Both the position numbers and the translations under genes were made by a program. Of a stretch of 64,000 nucleotides of DNA, positions 41,487-51,997 are shown in pieces. The stretch is from Acetobacterium paludosum. Its GTDB lineage: Bacteria > Bacillota > Clostridia > Eubacteriales > Eubacteriaceae. The stretch's first letter is position 1; each line of letters opens with the position of its first letter. The notes under the pieces are model-generated. The model was not told the origin of the DNA and searched no databases. It was given only the letters and a program-made list of their open reading frames with translations. The stretch covers positions 82,129 through 146,128 of the forward strand of contig NZ_RXYA01000003.1 in the NCBI RefSeq assembly GCF_008086595.1. The letters are read 5' to 3'.

Positions 41487-42590
41487 TTATAATTTTATTT
41501 GCACATATTCATTGGTGCAGGGATTTTCATGACACACATACATGATGCCTTCCGCCGTATCATAAATGACCGCTGCAACCGTCGCAAAGGCATCCATTTC
41601 ATTTTCCTCTTCAAACCCATGAGCACAAATACACCGCGGATAATTTGTATGATCCCTCGTTACCGTTTTAATTAGTTCAATATCAATTTTCCCCAAATGC
41701 TCCGCTAAGATGTTGGAGCTGACCTGATGTCTCACATAAGACCCGCCATGAGAAAGCCAATTCGCTGTTTCGAATTTTCTCATTCTTGCTGAAAGATAGT
41801 GATTGGTATGTGCAATTGCACCCTGTATCGGAATTAAATCGTAGTCTGTCGCTGAAGCTTCAATACACCAGGCAACACCGTCCTTACAGGATAACTGATA
41901 ATTAATTCCTGCCGCCCGTTCTGTAAAAACGATTGCCCCAAATGCATCGCCAACGCGAACTTGTGCCAAAGCCTTTCGTATGATCAATGGATACAGCACC
42001 CCAAAGCGGGCATCATTGGCAACAATTTTGTTAATTGAAAGGGCAATTCCATTCGAATTCATGCCATTTAGTCCCAGTATTCCGGCCATACTATAGACGA
42101 GTTGATCGGGCCCTTGCTTTGGATGGATCTTAAGCACGATATTGTACTTACTATAATACTGTTCCATATCAAATGTCTGTCCAACATAAGGCTTGTTGTC
42201 TTTTGAGGCCTGGGGCAAAATGTTAAAGGAAGTGCATCCCCATAATCTTTTACTAAGGAGTTTTCCCCCCAGTTCCGGCGGACGAATGTCTTCCAACTCC
42301 AGAAATGAATTCAGAAACACAATTTCTTCGAAAGCCAGGCCGCTGCCATCTGCGATCCCCTGCAATTCCTCATATAACTCAACAGAATAATTCTTTAAAA
42401 AGCCAATGTTTTTTCCAGTATAATCCAGTAATGTATTTTTATCTGTAGCGGCTGTTATATTACGCATATGCAGTTCAAATATCGTATTGTAAAAATCATG
42501 TATTTGATTTTTTAAAATCGTTCCATGTTGATAACCGATATCGTAACTTGTACCACTTAATTCAATTACCGGCATTTGTTTCATTGTCAA
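41487..42590 (-). CDS. Peptidase C45 family acyl-CoA:6-aminopenicillanic acid acyltransferase-like (Ntn-hydrolase) protein
   Basis: 367 aa; N-terminal GTSYDIGYQHG motif and an internal nucleophile Cys (WGCTSF) consistent with C45/Ntn hydrolases. Confidence 0.6.
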   Translation of the reverse strand: MTMKQMPVIELSGTSYDIGYQHGTILKNQIHDFYNTIFELHMRNITAATDKNTLLDYTGKNIGFLKNYSVELYEELQGIADGSGLAFEEIVFLNSFLELEDIRPPELGGKLLSKRLWGCTSFNILPQASKDNKPYVGQTFDMEQYYSKYNIVLKIHPKQGPDQLVYSMAGILGLNGMNSNGIALSINKIVANDARFGVLYPLIIRKALAQVRVGDAFGAIVFTERAAGINYQLSCKDGVAWCIEASATDYDLIPIQGAIAHTNHYLSARMRKFETANWLSHGGSYVRHQVSSNILAEHLGKIDIELIKTVTRDHTNYPRCICAHGFEEENEMDAFATVAAVIYDTAEGIMYVCHENPCTNEYVQIKL

Positions 42591-42604
42591 TACCCTCCTG
42601 CTAA

Positions 42605-43996
42605 TTACAGTACTTCTCTAAACTCGTTTAATTCCCACTCAGAAATATAAGACTTGAATTCAGGCATTTCATAATCAGCACAATTTTCTTTCGCAATTTT
42701 CATATCCCAGGTTTTCATGGCCTGCACAACTTTAACAAACTCAGGTCCATATGCTTCCTGAATCTCCAGGTCTTTATTGAACGCCGCAAAGGCTTCTTCC
42801 ATTGTAGCCGGAAGTTGTTTTGCATTACTGTCCGCCCAGACATCATGGGTACAAGGAGCCGCAGCAACTGTTTTATTTTTAATCCCCAGTAAACCGGCCG
42901 TCAATGTTGATAGGGTTGTCAGGTAAGGACTGGCCGCAGAACAGTTTATTCTTGTCTCAACGTGGGTGCTGTTTCCACGGCATCCCTTGACACGAATACC
43001 AACACTTCTGTTTTCAAATCCCCATGTTGCTGTTGTCGGAGCACAAACGCCAGTTCGATATCGCTTATAGCAGTTCACTGTTGGTGCTGCAAAAACCATA
43101 TTTGCTTCGGCATGATCAGCAATTCCGGCAATAAAATGTTTGCAGATATCGGATAGTCCGTCAGGGCTATTGTTATCTAAAAATACATTTTCTCCTGTTT
43201 CTTTATCAATCAGGCTGATATGGACATGAGCACCGGATGCGCATCTGTCAATAATCGGTTTTGTCATGAAAGTTGCAAGATAGCCGTGCTGCAGCGAAAT
43301 TTCTTTGATCGCATATTTAAAGGCCTGGGCTTCGTCTACTGCATCAATGCCATCCCGGTGTGTCAGGTTAATCTCTTGCTGACCAGGGCCCTGTTCCGAG
43401 TTTTGGGTAATAATTCTGAAGCCACCCTCCTGAAGCTTATCCATCATGTCATAAAGATAGTCAATATCAAAATTATTATACTGGGTAACAAAAATCGGTT
43501 GGGAACCGTATACCGGTTCTTTCGTTACTGCATCAAATAAATAAAATTCAAATTCATAACCCAGACGAACGGTATAACCCAGTTTATCGAATTCCCCAAA
43601 CAGATTTTTCAGCATGATTCGAGGCGTTGGCGTAACTGGTGTTCCATCGTACCAATGCGGATCGACAATAATTCTTGCGGTATTTGGCACCCAGGGAAGC
43701 ACTTGAAATGTACTTAAATCTGGAATTGTGCATGCGTCTCCGTAGGTCACTTCTTCTCCCAGTCCAGTATTTGGTGCACATCTTGTCTGTACATCACAGG
43801 TCAGAATACCGCCATAGAAATTCAACCCATTCTCAATATAATTTTGAAAAAAGTCGACCGGTACGGTTTTGCTTCTTGGAATTCCATAAAGATCAAACTG
43901 CTCAAATCTTACATATTTGATATTGTTTGCTTTAATTTGTTTCTCAATGCTCATTAGCATTGTTTTTTCTTTTGGCGTTCTTTTGATTTTTGCCAT
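42605..43996 (-). CDS. Glutamine synthetase-family gamma-glutamyl ligase (GlnA/PuuA-like)
   Basis: 463 aa; GS catalytic-domain motifs (ATFMTKP, GAHVHISL, NRSVGIRV). Confidence 0.8.
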   Translation of the reverse strand: MAKIKRTPKEKTMLMSIEKQIKANNIKYVRFEQFDLYGIPRSKTVPVDFFQNYIENGLNFYGGILTCDVQTRCAPNTGLGEEVTYGDACTIPDLSTFQVLPWVPNTARIIVDPHWYDGTPVTPTPRIMLKNLFGEFDKLGYTVRLGYEFEFYLFDAVTKEPVYGSQPIFVTQYNNFDIDYLYDMMDKLQEGGFRIITQNSEQGPGQQEINLTHRDGIDAVDEAQAFKYAIKEISLQHGYLATFMTKPIIDRCASGAHVHISLIDKETGENVFLDNNSPDGLSDICKHFIAGIADHAEANMVFAAPTVNCYKRYRTGVCAPTTATWGFENRSVGIRVKGCRGNSTHVETRINCSAASPYLTTLSTLTAGLLGIKNKTVAAAPCTHDVWADSNAKQLPATMEEAFAAFNKDLEIQEAYGPEFVKVVQAMKTWDMKIAKENCADYEMPEFKSYISEWELNEFREVL

Positions 43997-44196
43997 AAAA
44001 ACATCCTCCTTAAAAATAACAAAAACGGCAATCAGTTTTTACTGACACCGTTTCTATGTTTCGAAACATCGCCGGTAATGACATCGCCCTTGATGTTTAA
44101 CTTGAAACCATCATACCTGATAAATTCAAATTAACGAGGTACCAATTATTAAGAAAGAATAAAGTTTTATCTAAAAATCAAATTCTGTTCATTAAC

Positions 44197-45336
44197 TTAA
44201 CAAACGTTAAAGGGAATACTGATATAAAATATCGAGCCTTTTCCTAGCTCGCTTTCTGCCCAAATAAGCCCGCCATGCTGTACTACAATCGTCTTACAGA
44301 TATGTAACCCGAGACCGCTGTGGACACTTTCATACTCTTTACTGCCAGGCTGGTAAAATCGATTAAATATATATTTTAAATCTTCCGGTGCAATGCCAAA
44401 ACCAGAATCGGACACGGCAATCATCAAATTGTCATCCTGAGTATAGACCTTAATATTGATATCATCCCCTTTTTCGGTATAGCGTACTGAATTATCAATA
44501 ATATTCACTAACGCTTCAATCAGCAGCTCAAAGTCAACCTCCATCAGCGGCAGATCATCCTGAATATGATAGGTGAAATTCTGATCCTTATCACTAAAAT
44601 AAAATGCCTGTTCATCTAAAAAATCTTCAAAACACTGGCTTGGTTCAACCACTTTTATATTTAGCACATCTCTTGTTTCTAATTTTGATAATTCAAATAA
44701 ATCATCCACCAATTTCACCAGCGCTTGTGAATTTCTAAAAATACACTGGGCATACTTTTGACTTTCATCCGATGTATATGATACATCGATTAAGGCTTCA
44801 GAATACCCCATTATTTTTGTGATCGGCGTTCTAAGATCATGTGAGATATTCGCATAAAGATTTAGTCTGCTGTCTTCATTTTTCTGATCTGCCGTAATAT
44901 CAATTCCCATTTCCAGCACTAGCGCCGTTCCCTCATAATCAACAAAGGGATAATCATAGATGCGATAAATTTTACCACTCAGCTGATCCCGATGCATCCA
45001 TATTTGCGGCTCATCTGTTTCAAATACACGAAACGTCATGCAATTCTCACATGGGATATCTCTATTATGCAATACTTTGTAGCAGGGTTTAATATCATAA
45101 CCGCCATACAATTCATAAAACATTTTATTGGCATATTTTATCGAATAATCATCTGCTTGAAGATACACATATGCGGGTATGCCGTCGATCAGCGAGAATA
45201 AAAAGTTCCGCTCTTTTTGCAGTTTTGTTTGTGCCTCATCGAGTATTTTTTTTAAATGATTGTTTTCCTGCTGCAATTTTTTGATTTCATTTTTTAAAAA
45301 TTTCACCTGATTTTCAATTTGTCTCGTCATACTCAC
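44197..45336 (-). CDS. Cytoplasmic sensor histidine kinase
   Basis: 379 aa; N-terminal coiled coil, HisKA (SHDLRTPIT), HATPase_c (GLGLHICKT...). Confidence 0.8.
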   Translation of the reverse strand: MSMTRQIENQVKFLKNEIKKLQQENNHLKKILDEAQTKLQKERNFLFSLIDGIPAYVYLQADDYSIKYANKMFYELYGGYDIKPCYKVLHNRDIPCENCMTFRVFETDEPQIWMHRDQLSGKIYRIYDYPFVDYEGTALVLEMGIDITADQKNEDSRLNLYANISHDLRTPITKIMGYSEALIDVSYTSDESQKYAQCIFRNSQALVKLVDDLFELSKLETRDVLNIKVVEPSQCFEDFLDEQAFYFSDKDQNFTYHIQDDLPLMEVDFELLIEALVNIIDNSVRYTEKGDDINIKVYTQDDNLMIAVSDSGFGIAPEDLKYIFNRFYQPGSKEYESVHSGLGLHICKTIVVQHGGLIWAESELGKGSIFYISIPFNVC

Positions 45337-45382
45337 CTTCTATTCTGCTGCATCAACGCAGTTCACAATTTACTTCTACCAA

Positions 45383-46093
45383 CTACAAGATCCCGCTGAC
45401 AGTAAATTTATAGCCAACTCCCCAAACATTTACAATGATCTGGGGTTTTTTCGGATTTTTTTCAATCTTTTCTCTAATCTTTCGAATATGAACCGTCACC
45501 GTTCTGCTGTCACCGCTTGACTCATACCCCCAAATAGATTCATATAAGAAGTCTTTACTGAAAACCCGATCTTTATTTTTTGCCATAAAGGTAAGCAAAT
45601 CAAATTCCTTGGCCGTTAAGAGAATTTTCTTTTCTCGGCAAAAAGCAGTTCTGGATTCAATATTAATAACAATTGGGCCTGCCACAATTGAGTCATTGTG
45701 TTTTCTATTTTCTTTTTTTAAATCTTCAATAAATTCATTTCGTCTTATTTGAGCCTTTACGCGAGCAACTAATTCATTGATACTAAATGGTTTTGTAATA
45801 AAATCATCTGCACCTAAACCAAGCCCCAACACCTTATCTGATTCGTCTCCTTTTGCACTGATTAATGTAATTGGGATTTTCGAAGTGCTCCTGATTTTTT
45901 TACAGACCTCGAGACCATTGCCATCTGGAAGAAATATATCCAAAATAATCAGATCTAACTTCTTTTCATTAATAATTTCCAATCCTTCACTCGAACGGGT
46001 CGTGCAATAAACGCCAAAGCCTTCTCTTTCAAGATAAGTTTTAATTAATTGTTGCACTTCAAGATCATCATCAATAATTAATACCGTTTTCAT
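45383..46093 (-). CDS. OmpR-family response regulator
   Basis: 236 aa; receiver + winged-helix domain (VWGVGYKF). Confidence 0.85.
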   Translation of the reverse strand: MKTVLIIDDDLEVQQLIKTYLEREGFGVYCTTRSSEGLEIINEKKLDLIILDIFLPDGNGLEVCKKIRSTSKIPITLISAKGDESDKVLGLGLGADDFITKPFSINELVARVKAQIRRNEFIEDLKKENRKHNDSIVAGPIVINIESRTAFCREKKILLTAKEFDLLTFMAKNKDRVFSKDFLYESIWGYESSGDSRTVTVHIRKIREKIEKNPKKPQIIVNVWGVGYKFTVSGIL

Positions 46094-46511
46094 TTTACAT
46101 CACATTTCTTTCTCTTCGCTCAAGACTCCGTCGCAATGAAAAAGCTAAAGCAAATTTTTTGTTTTCCAGTTATCATTAACTTGAAAATACAACCACACCT
46201 CCAAGCACAAGCGGAAACAAAATTGGTTCCTTCTGTAAAATAATGAAAGCACAGATAATATCCAAGTTAACATCAAAAAAAAATAAATTTGACAAGGGGG
46301 GTGACACCTTTGTCAAATTCATTTTACTTAATTTATTGTTTTGATGATACTACAAATCTTTGAAATTGTAAACAGCTTTATAATGGATCTTACATAAATA
46401 TACTTTAAACTCATGTTCAAAGAAATCATGACAGAGAAACGTCTGCTTTTTTTCCATCATGATAAGTGGTTGCATTATCATATATTTACTGCTCAAAAGT
46501 CCAATTTTATT

Positions 46512-46976
46512 TTAAAAGAAACTCTTAACAACTTCAACAGGCAGCATGGTTCGCTCGACTATCTCTTCCACGGTCATCCCCTGGTCATGAAACCGCCGAC
46601 AGACCATCGCCAAGCTTTCGCCGACTTCAATGATATGATAATCCAGATCATAAAACCGGATGGCCCGCTGTCCCCAAGTGGCTTCCTTTACCCCATGCAA
46701 ATATTCAAGCTCTTCAAATTTTTTTAAATGCTCTAAAAAATCATCAAAATTCTCTTCTTCAAAGTACAATTCCATATCGTTTCCATGATAGATGATATCC
46801 TTTTCTTTCGCATCGATAAATTTCGTCCAAAGTGCCTTATCCTGCAGGGAAAATCCTGCATTAAAGGTAATATTCTCTCCAAAATCCATCACCACCTCTA
46901 AACCAAAAACATCACAATAAAAAGCCCGTGAACGATTGATATCATCCACCACCAGCATGGGTGCTTCAAACTTCAT
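46512..46976 (-). CDS. VOC/glyoxalase-bleomycin resistance family protein
   Basis: 154 aa; MLVVDDINRSRAFYCDVFGLEV is typical of the glyoxalase fold. Confidence 0.6.
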   Translation of the reverse strand: MKFEAPMLVVDDINRSRAFYCDVFGLEVVMDFGENITFNAGFSLQDKALWTKFIDAKEKDIIYHGNDMELYFEEENFDDFLEHLKKFEELEYLHGVKEATWGQRAIRFYDLDYHIIEVGESLAMVCRRFHDQGMTVEEIVERTMLPVEVVKSFF

Positions 46977-47004
46977 TTCTTTTCCTCCTCATTTTTCATC
47001 CATT

Positions 47005-47457
47005 CTATTCCAGAAATGCGATCACCTTATCAATAAACACTTCCCCATCCAGATGATCCAGTTCATGACAAAAGCATTTCGCCAGGTCATCTTCTCCAGT
47101 GATAATGATTTCTTCCCCTTTTTCATTGAGTGCTTTGACCGTCACTTTTTGAGGCCGGATGGTTGTTCCAAACTTTCCGGGAAAGCTCAAACATCCCTCG
47201 ATACATTCCTGTTCTCCACTGGAGTCGATTATTTCCGGATTAACCAGCTTCATCACAACTTCTTCCATATCAATGACCACCAGTCTTTTTAGTATGCCCA
47301 CCTGATTGGCGGCAATTGCAGCACTGTTGGGAATACTATGCAAAGTTTCGAGCATATCATTTAAAATCATTTCTATTTTTTCATCAATTTCTGTTACTTC
47401 TTTGCATTTTTTTCTGAGTATTGCATCCTCATCCTGTCGAAGTTGTCGTATTGCCAT
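47005..47457 (-). CDS. def: Peptide deformylase
   Basis: Start at the ATG with RBS GGAGGAAGCAATG; motifs GIAANQVG-like (AAIAANQVGI), EGCLSFPG, HELDHLDG. Confidence 0.85.
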   Translation of the reverse strand: MAIRQLRQDEDAILRKKCKEVTEIDEKIEMILNDMLETLHSIPNSAAIAANQVGILKRLVVIDMEEVVMKLVNPEIIDSSGEQECIEGCLSFPGKFGTTIRPQKVTVKALNEKGEEIIITGEDDLAKCFCHELDHLDGEVFIDKVIAFLE

Positions 47458-47565
47458 TGCTTCCTCCTGATTCATATTACTTGTTTTTTTAAGTATATTG
47501 CGAAAATAAAGTACTGTCAATAGACTCCGTTCTTCAAATAATATGGGACTGAATTCTTGGAACTT

Positions 47566-48297
47566 TTACCCCTCATTTTTCTCACCATCAATACCGCTTA
47601 TTTTTTTGTAGAAAAGCAAACCCATCAAGCTGATTATGGCGGTTAATCCAAAGACCCAAATGGCAATGGTATAGTTTTCTATACCCAATGCATCGCCACA
47701 CATTGTTGAGGTAATGACCGAGGGAATCCGGGCTATCCCAGTAATGAGTAACCATGTGGAGAATTTCATCTTCGTCATCCCAATGAAATAGGTCATAATA
47801 TCTTTTGGTGTTCCAGGAATAAGAAAGAGAAGAAAGACAATGCTGTTTAGTTTTCTTGTATTCTTCAAAAATTTGAGGGATTGTATCTTTTCCCTGGAAA
47901 CAAAGACTTCTACCGCTCTCATACCGATGTGGCGAACAAACAAAAAAACGATGGCACTTCCAATCACAGCCCCAATTAAGCATAATAGACTCCCTTCCCA
48001 GAATCCAAATGCATATCCGGCAGCTATCTCAAGGGGTTCCCCCGGAATAAAAGCAACAACAATCTGAAGTATCATCATCCCAACAAAAACTAACCGGCTA
48101 ATGAATCCATTATCATCCACCCATCCCCTGTATTGCGGCAGCTCAGACACAAAAGCGATCATCGGTTTGCCAACCAGGCCGAGAATTACAATTGAAAGCA
48201 CAATAAAAGTTAAAATCGCCCCTAAGCTGATGATCTTTTTCTGTCGAACTGACCGATCCTTGATTTGTTTTTCTTTAGGTTTTATATCTAATGCCAA
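47566..48297 (-). CDS. TVP38/TMEM64 (DedA/SNARE-associated) family membrane protein
   Basis: 243 aa; multi-TM with VVAFIPGEPLEIAAGYAFG signature. Confidence 0.75.
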   Translation of the reverse strand: MALDIKPKEKQIKDRSVRQKKIISLGAILTFIVLSIVILGLVGKPMIAFVSELPQYRGWVDDNGFISRLVFVGMMILQIVVAFIPGEPLEIAAGYAFGFWEGSLLCLIGAVIGSAIVFLFVRHIGMRAVEVFVSREKIQSLKFLKNTRKLNSIVFLLFLIPGTPKDIMTYFIGMTKMKFSTWLLITGIARIPSVITSTMCGDALGIENYTIAIWVFGLTAIISLMGLLFYKKISGIDGEKNEG

Positions 48298-48370
48298 TAA
48301 AAGCGCTCCTTTCAGATCGGAATATTTTCCGATTTTTTTAAGTAGAATAGATGTTTCATTTTTCTACTTT

Positions 48371-48712
48371 TTATAAACTAACGGAATCATTAATATTTTT
48401 GGAAAATTTTGCAGTGACCAATCCACCACCACTGATGTCATTCTTGATGATCAGTAAACCACCATGTTTTTCGCATAATATTCTGCAAATATGCAAACCT
48501 AATCCAAAATGGTTATCCTTATTACCCTGTTTTCCATTTTTCCCGGTATAGAATGGATCTGATACCCTTTTTATTTCATTCTTTCTAATGGTCGCTGCCA
48601 GCAGCGTCAGAACGGTTAAAAACATGAATGCCTGGGAAATAGTCATGTTTCTGAACCTGAATTTTCGCCATATGCCGGATCTTATTTCACCCATTTGTAT
48701 CCCACTCCCCAT
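48371..48712 (-). pseudogene. Truncated histidine kinase remnant (one TM + partial HATPase_c only; no HisKA/phosphoacceptor) downstream of an OmpR-type regulator
   Basis: 113-aa ORF with HFGLGLHICRILCEKHGGLLIIKND (G2 box); lacks a DHp domain; overlaps the regulator gene by 31 nt. Confidence 0.45.
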
Positions 48713-49356
48713 ACCGTTTCAATATATTGCCGACTTCCGGCGGCAATGAATTTTCCTCGGATTCGTCGAATATGTTCCACCACAACAGAGCTGTCACCTT
48801 CACTCTCCCATCCCCAAAGCCCCTCGTAAATGCGTTCTTTGTCAAAAACCTGACCTCGATTCATTGATAAAAGCTCAATGATATCAAACTCTTTTTTTGC
48901 AAAAAAAATAAACTCGTCACAATAATAAACTCCGCGTTCCATATAATCAATAACCAAATTTCCGTCAAATTTCGTTTTCGTTTTAACCTGGTTCCTGTTT
49001 TCCCGCCGCAAATGTGCTTCTACCCGAGCCCCCAATTCATCGATACTGAATGGCTTTTCGATGTAGTCATCTCCTCCCACCTGAAAGCCATTGATCTTAT
49101 CCGATTCTTCCACCTTTGCGGTTAAAAACAAAATAGGGCAGGGAATAAAATCTCTGATTTTTTTACAAACTTCCAGTCCATCCATATCCGGCATATTAAT
49201 ATCCAATATGATCAAATCCGGTTGTTTTTCAGCTTTATTTATGGCTTCTTCTCCATTTTCTGCAGTCATAACCTGATAGTCATTTATTTCAAAATAGTCC
49301 TGAAGCAATCCCACAATATCAGGTTCATCATCAACGATTAAAATTATGTTTTGCAT
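48682..49356 (-). CDS. OmpR-family response regulator
   Basis: 224 aa; receiver + winged helix (VWGVGYKWV). Confidence 0.85.
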   Translation of the reverse strand: MQNIILIVDDEPDIVGLLQDYFEINDYQVMTAENGEEAINKAEKQPDLIILDINMPDMDGLEVCKKIRDFIPCPILFLTAKVEESDKINGFQVGGDDYIEKPFSIDELGARVEAHLRRENRNQVKTKTKFDGNLVIDYMERGVYYCDEFIFFAKKEFDIIELLSMNRGQVFDKERIYEGLWGWESEGDSSVVVEHIRRIRGKFIAAGSRQYIETVWGVGYKWVK

Positions 49357-49687
49357 ATGATCGACCTCCCATTCCCATTTCTATTTTTATTATAACAGTT
49401 ATTTATCAATTTTTTATCAACTATTCACACATAAATAGTCATTGTGAACTGGTTAATCAAACGATCCACTATATATGGCTTATTTAGGAAAAAAGTTGGA
49501 TCATGAAGCAACATTTTTAAAAAGGATCTTCTTAATTTTTCTCCAAAAGCGATGAAAAAAGCATCATTTTTCTACCGTCTTTTTAAAAACCTTCCCGCCG
49601 GATAGATGGGGAAATAATAATCGTCCTTGCTGTAGATTACTGATTAATACCAAGTAATCTGTGTCCATGGCAACATGTCGCGCGAAG

Positions 49688-49733
49688 CAAAAAAGAACGG
49701 CAAATTGCCGTTCTAATTGCCGTTCTTTTTTAT
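49688..49733 (-). terminator. Rho-independent terminator (stem gaacggcaa / ttgccgttc with a duplicated right arm, flanked by A- and T-runs) downstream of the enoate reductase gene
   Basis: aaaaaagaacggcaaattgccgttctaattgccgttcttttttat, 115 nt after the stop of 49849..51843 (-). Confidence 0.55.
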
Positions 49734-49848
49734 GTGTAATTTATAACCGGATACCTTATTAATTATGGAATCCATCTGCATTTTTGAACTATATTGCGAT
49801 GTTTTTTAAAATTGTCACCATGACTAATCTGACAGGATAATACTACCG

Positions 49849-51843
49849 TTAAATGTTTGACGCTACTTCAAAAGCATCCCAAATAGCATACATAATATTG
49901 GAAACCTTACGCGCATCGCCAAGCAAATGGATGTCCTCAATTTCGAATTTTAGAGCGTTGTAAAGATCGTTTTCCGGACTATACCCCACTGCCAGGACAA
50001 CAGAATCGGCCTTCAGCTCTTGCTCTCCCGTTTTGGTTGCGATAACAACACCTTGATCCGTTGTACGGGATGCTTTGGAATCGGTATATACTTTGATTTT
50101 TTTGTAATTAATCAGCGACAAAAGCATATCGGAATTTGCAAAACAAAGCGGTGCGTTCAGCTTGAGCAGACTATCCTCGGCTTCGACGATGGAAACATCC
50201 TTACCGTTATTTCTAAGCCACAGCGCAAGCTCGCAGCCGACAAGTCCGCCGCCAAGAACAACAACCTGTTCCCCCGGATTTTTCCTGCCGAGAAGCACAT
50301 CTTCTGCAGTAAAGACTTTGTCATTGTTTCCGAGGATACAAATATTCGGTGTGGAACCGGTAGCTACAATCACCGTGTCCGGTTTAGCCGCTTTTACCAT
50401 ATCGGGAGTAATCTGCACATTGAAGTAAACCGGTACCTGTAAATCTTTCAACGTGTTTTCATACCACGTAGCAAGGGCGTGATCATCTTCTTTGAAATCC
50501 GGCATTCCGCCAGGAATCAGATTGCCACCCAGACGGTCGCCTTTCTCGTAAACTTCCGGAAAATGACCGCGTAGACTGAGTACCCGGGCTGCTTCACAAC
50601 CAGCAACACCGCCGCCGATGATCATAATCTTTTTCGCTTTTAAAGCCGGTTTCAATTCAGTAATGCGTTCTCGCGCGCAGGTTGGATTGACCGCGCAGTT
50701 CAGCCAACCATAATGTACCATCCGTCCAAGGCAACCTTCATGGCAGGAAAGACAGGGACGAATTAGTTCTATTTGTCCTGAACGCAGCTTGTTGACATAA
50801 TCCGCATCGGCAAGTAGAGGACGACCAAGTCCAATCATATCACAGGCGCCGTCATCCAGAGCGGAAAGGGCAAGATCCGGATTATCCATCCGTCCGGCGC
50901 AGATCACCGGAACATTTACCACTTCTTTGATCGCTTTGGCGTAGGGAATATACAATCCCTTTTTCTGATACATTGGCGGATGATTCCAAAACCACGCGTC
51001 GTAACAGCCTACATCGACATCGAGGGAATCATAGCCATACTGCACGAGAAGCTTTGCCGTTTCGATACCTTCTGGCAGATCCCGACCTTTTTCTTCAAAT
51101 TCTTCATCCGGAAGCCCGCCGACGCGCCAGTCCTTAATAAACGATTTTGGGCTGTAGCGAAGGGTGACGACGAAATCTTTGCCACAGGTCTTTTTAATTT
51201 CATCAAGCACCTCGCGTGCGAAACGCAGACGGTTTTCAAGGCTGCCGCCGTACTCATCGGTTCTGTTGTTGAAAAAAGAGATAGCAAACTGATCAAGAAG
51301 ATATCCTTCATGCACAGCATGAATCTGGATACCGTCAAAGCCGGCGTTCTTTGCGGTGGCGGCACCTTCTCCGAATTTTTTGACAATGTGACGAATTTCT
51401 TCTTTGGTCAATGCCCGGCACGGAATATCGGCCCAGCGGTTCATTATTGCGGAGGCCGAAACCGGCTGTACGTCCGGGTTAACTGGTGGCGCGACGCGAC
51501 CAAAGCCAGCACTTAACTGAAGGAACACCTTAGCATCATAGGCATGGATGCGTTCCGTCATCTCTCTGGCCGTACGTGTGAAATGCACGGGGTTAACGGT
51601 AGGGCTAGGTGTGCTGGGCATTTCATGAGGTTCCACTTCATTGTCGACAAAGCAGACTCCCGTTATTATCAGTCCGGTGCCGCCCTTTGCACGTTCGACA
51701 TAATAATCAATACCCCTCTGGTTGAATCCGCCAACTGCATCCCCTAGGCCAATGGGTCCCATTGGCGCCATCGCGAACCGGTTCTTGATTGTGACATTAC
51801 CAATTTGCATTGGCTCAAAAAGTTTCTGATATTTGTATGACAT
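49849..51843 (-). CDS. 2-enoate reductase-type Fe-S flavoenzyme (OYE-like FMN domain + 4Fe-4S + FAD/NAD(P)-binding domain)
   Basis: 664 aa; N-terminal OYE motif (NRFAMAPM); CLSCHEGCLGR...C cluster; C-terminal GGGVAGCEAA dinucleotide-binding motif. Confidence 0.8.
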   Translation of the reverse strand: MSYKYQKLFEPMQIGNVTIKNRFAMAPMGPIGLGDAVGGFNQRGIDYYVERAKGGTGLIITGVCFVDNEVEPHEMPSTPSPTVNPVHFTRTAREMTERIHAYDAKVFLQLSAGFGRVAPPVNPDVQPVSASAIMNRWADIPCRALTKEEIRHIVKKFGEGAATAKNAGFDGIQIHAVHEGYLLDQFAISFFNNRTDEYGGSLENRLRFAREVLDEIKKTCGKDFVVTLRYSPKSFIKDWRVGGLPDEEFEEKGRDLPEGIETAKLLVQYGYDSLDVDVGCYDAWFWNHPPMYQKKGLYIPYAKAIKEVVNVPVICAGRMDNPDLALSALDDGACDMIGLGRPLLADADYVNKLRSGQIELIRPCLSCHEGCLGRMVHYGWLNCAVNPTCARERITELKPALKAKKIMIIGGGVAGCEAARVLSLRGHFPEVYEKGDRLGGNLIPGGMPDFKEDDHALATWYENTLKDLQVPVYFNVQITPDMVKAAKPDTVIVATGSTPNICILGNNDKVFTAEDVLLGRKNPGEQVVVLGGGLVGCELALWLRNNGKDVSIVEAEDSLLKLNAPLCFANSDMLLSLINYKKIKVYTDSKASRTTDQGVVIATKTGEQELKADSVVLAVGYSPENDLYNALKFEIEDIHLLGDARKVSNIMYAIWDAFEVASNI

Positions 51844-51997
51844 AGTTTACCTCCATAATAAAATCTTTTTATCGTACTTTTGGTTAAGTTGCTGAATCCA
51901 TGCAACAGTTTGGTTTTGTTGATCCTCATTTTGGGCAAAAGGATGAACGCTTTATTTCTCAATTATAAACGGACTTTCTGTAATAAATAGGGGTTTT

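Noticed and set aside
46094-46511. ORF 46413..46727 (+) in the intergenic region upstream of the VOC-family gene
   Set aside because: It mostly overlaps the minus-strand VOC gene, which has clear family motifs, and shows no features of its own.
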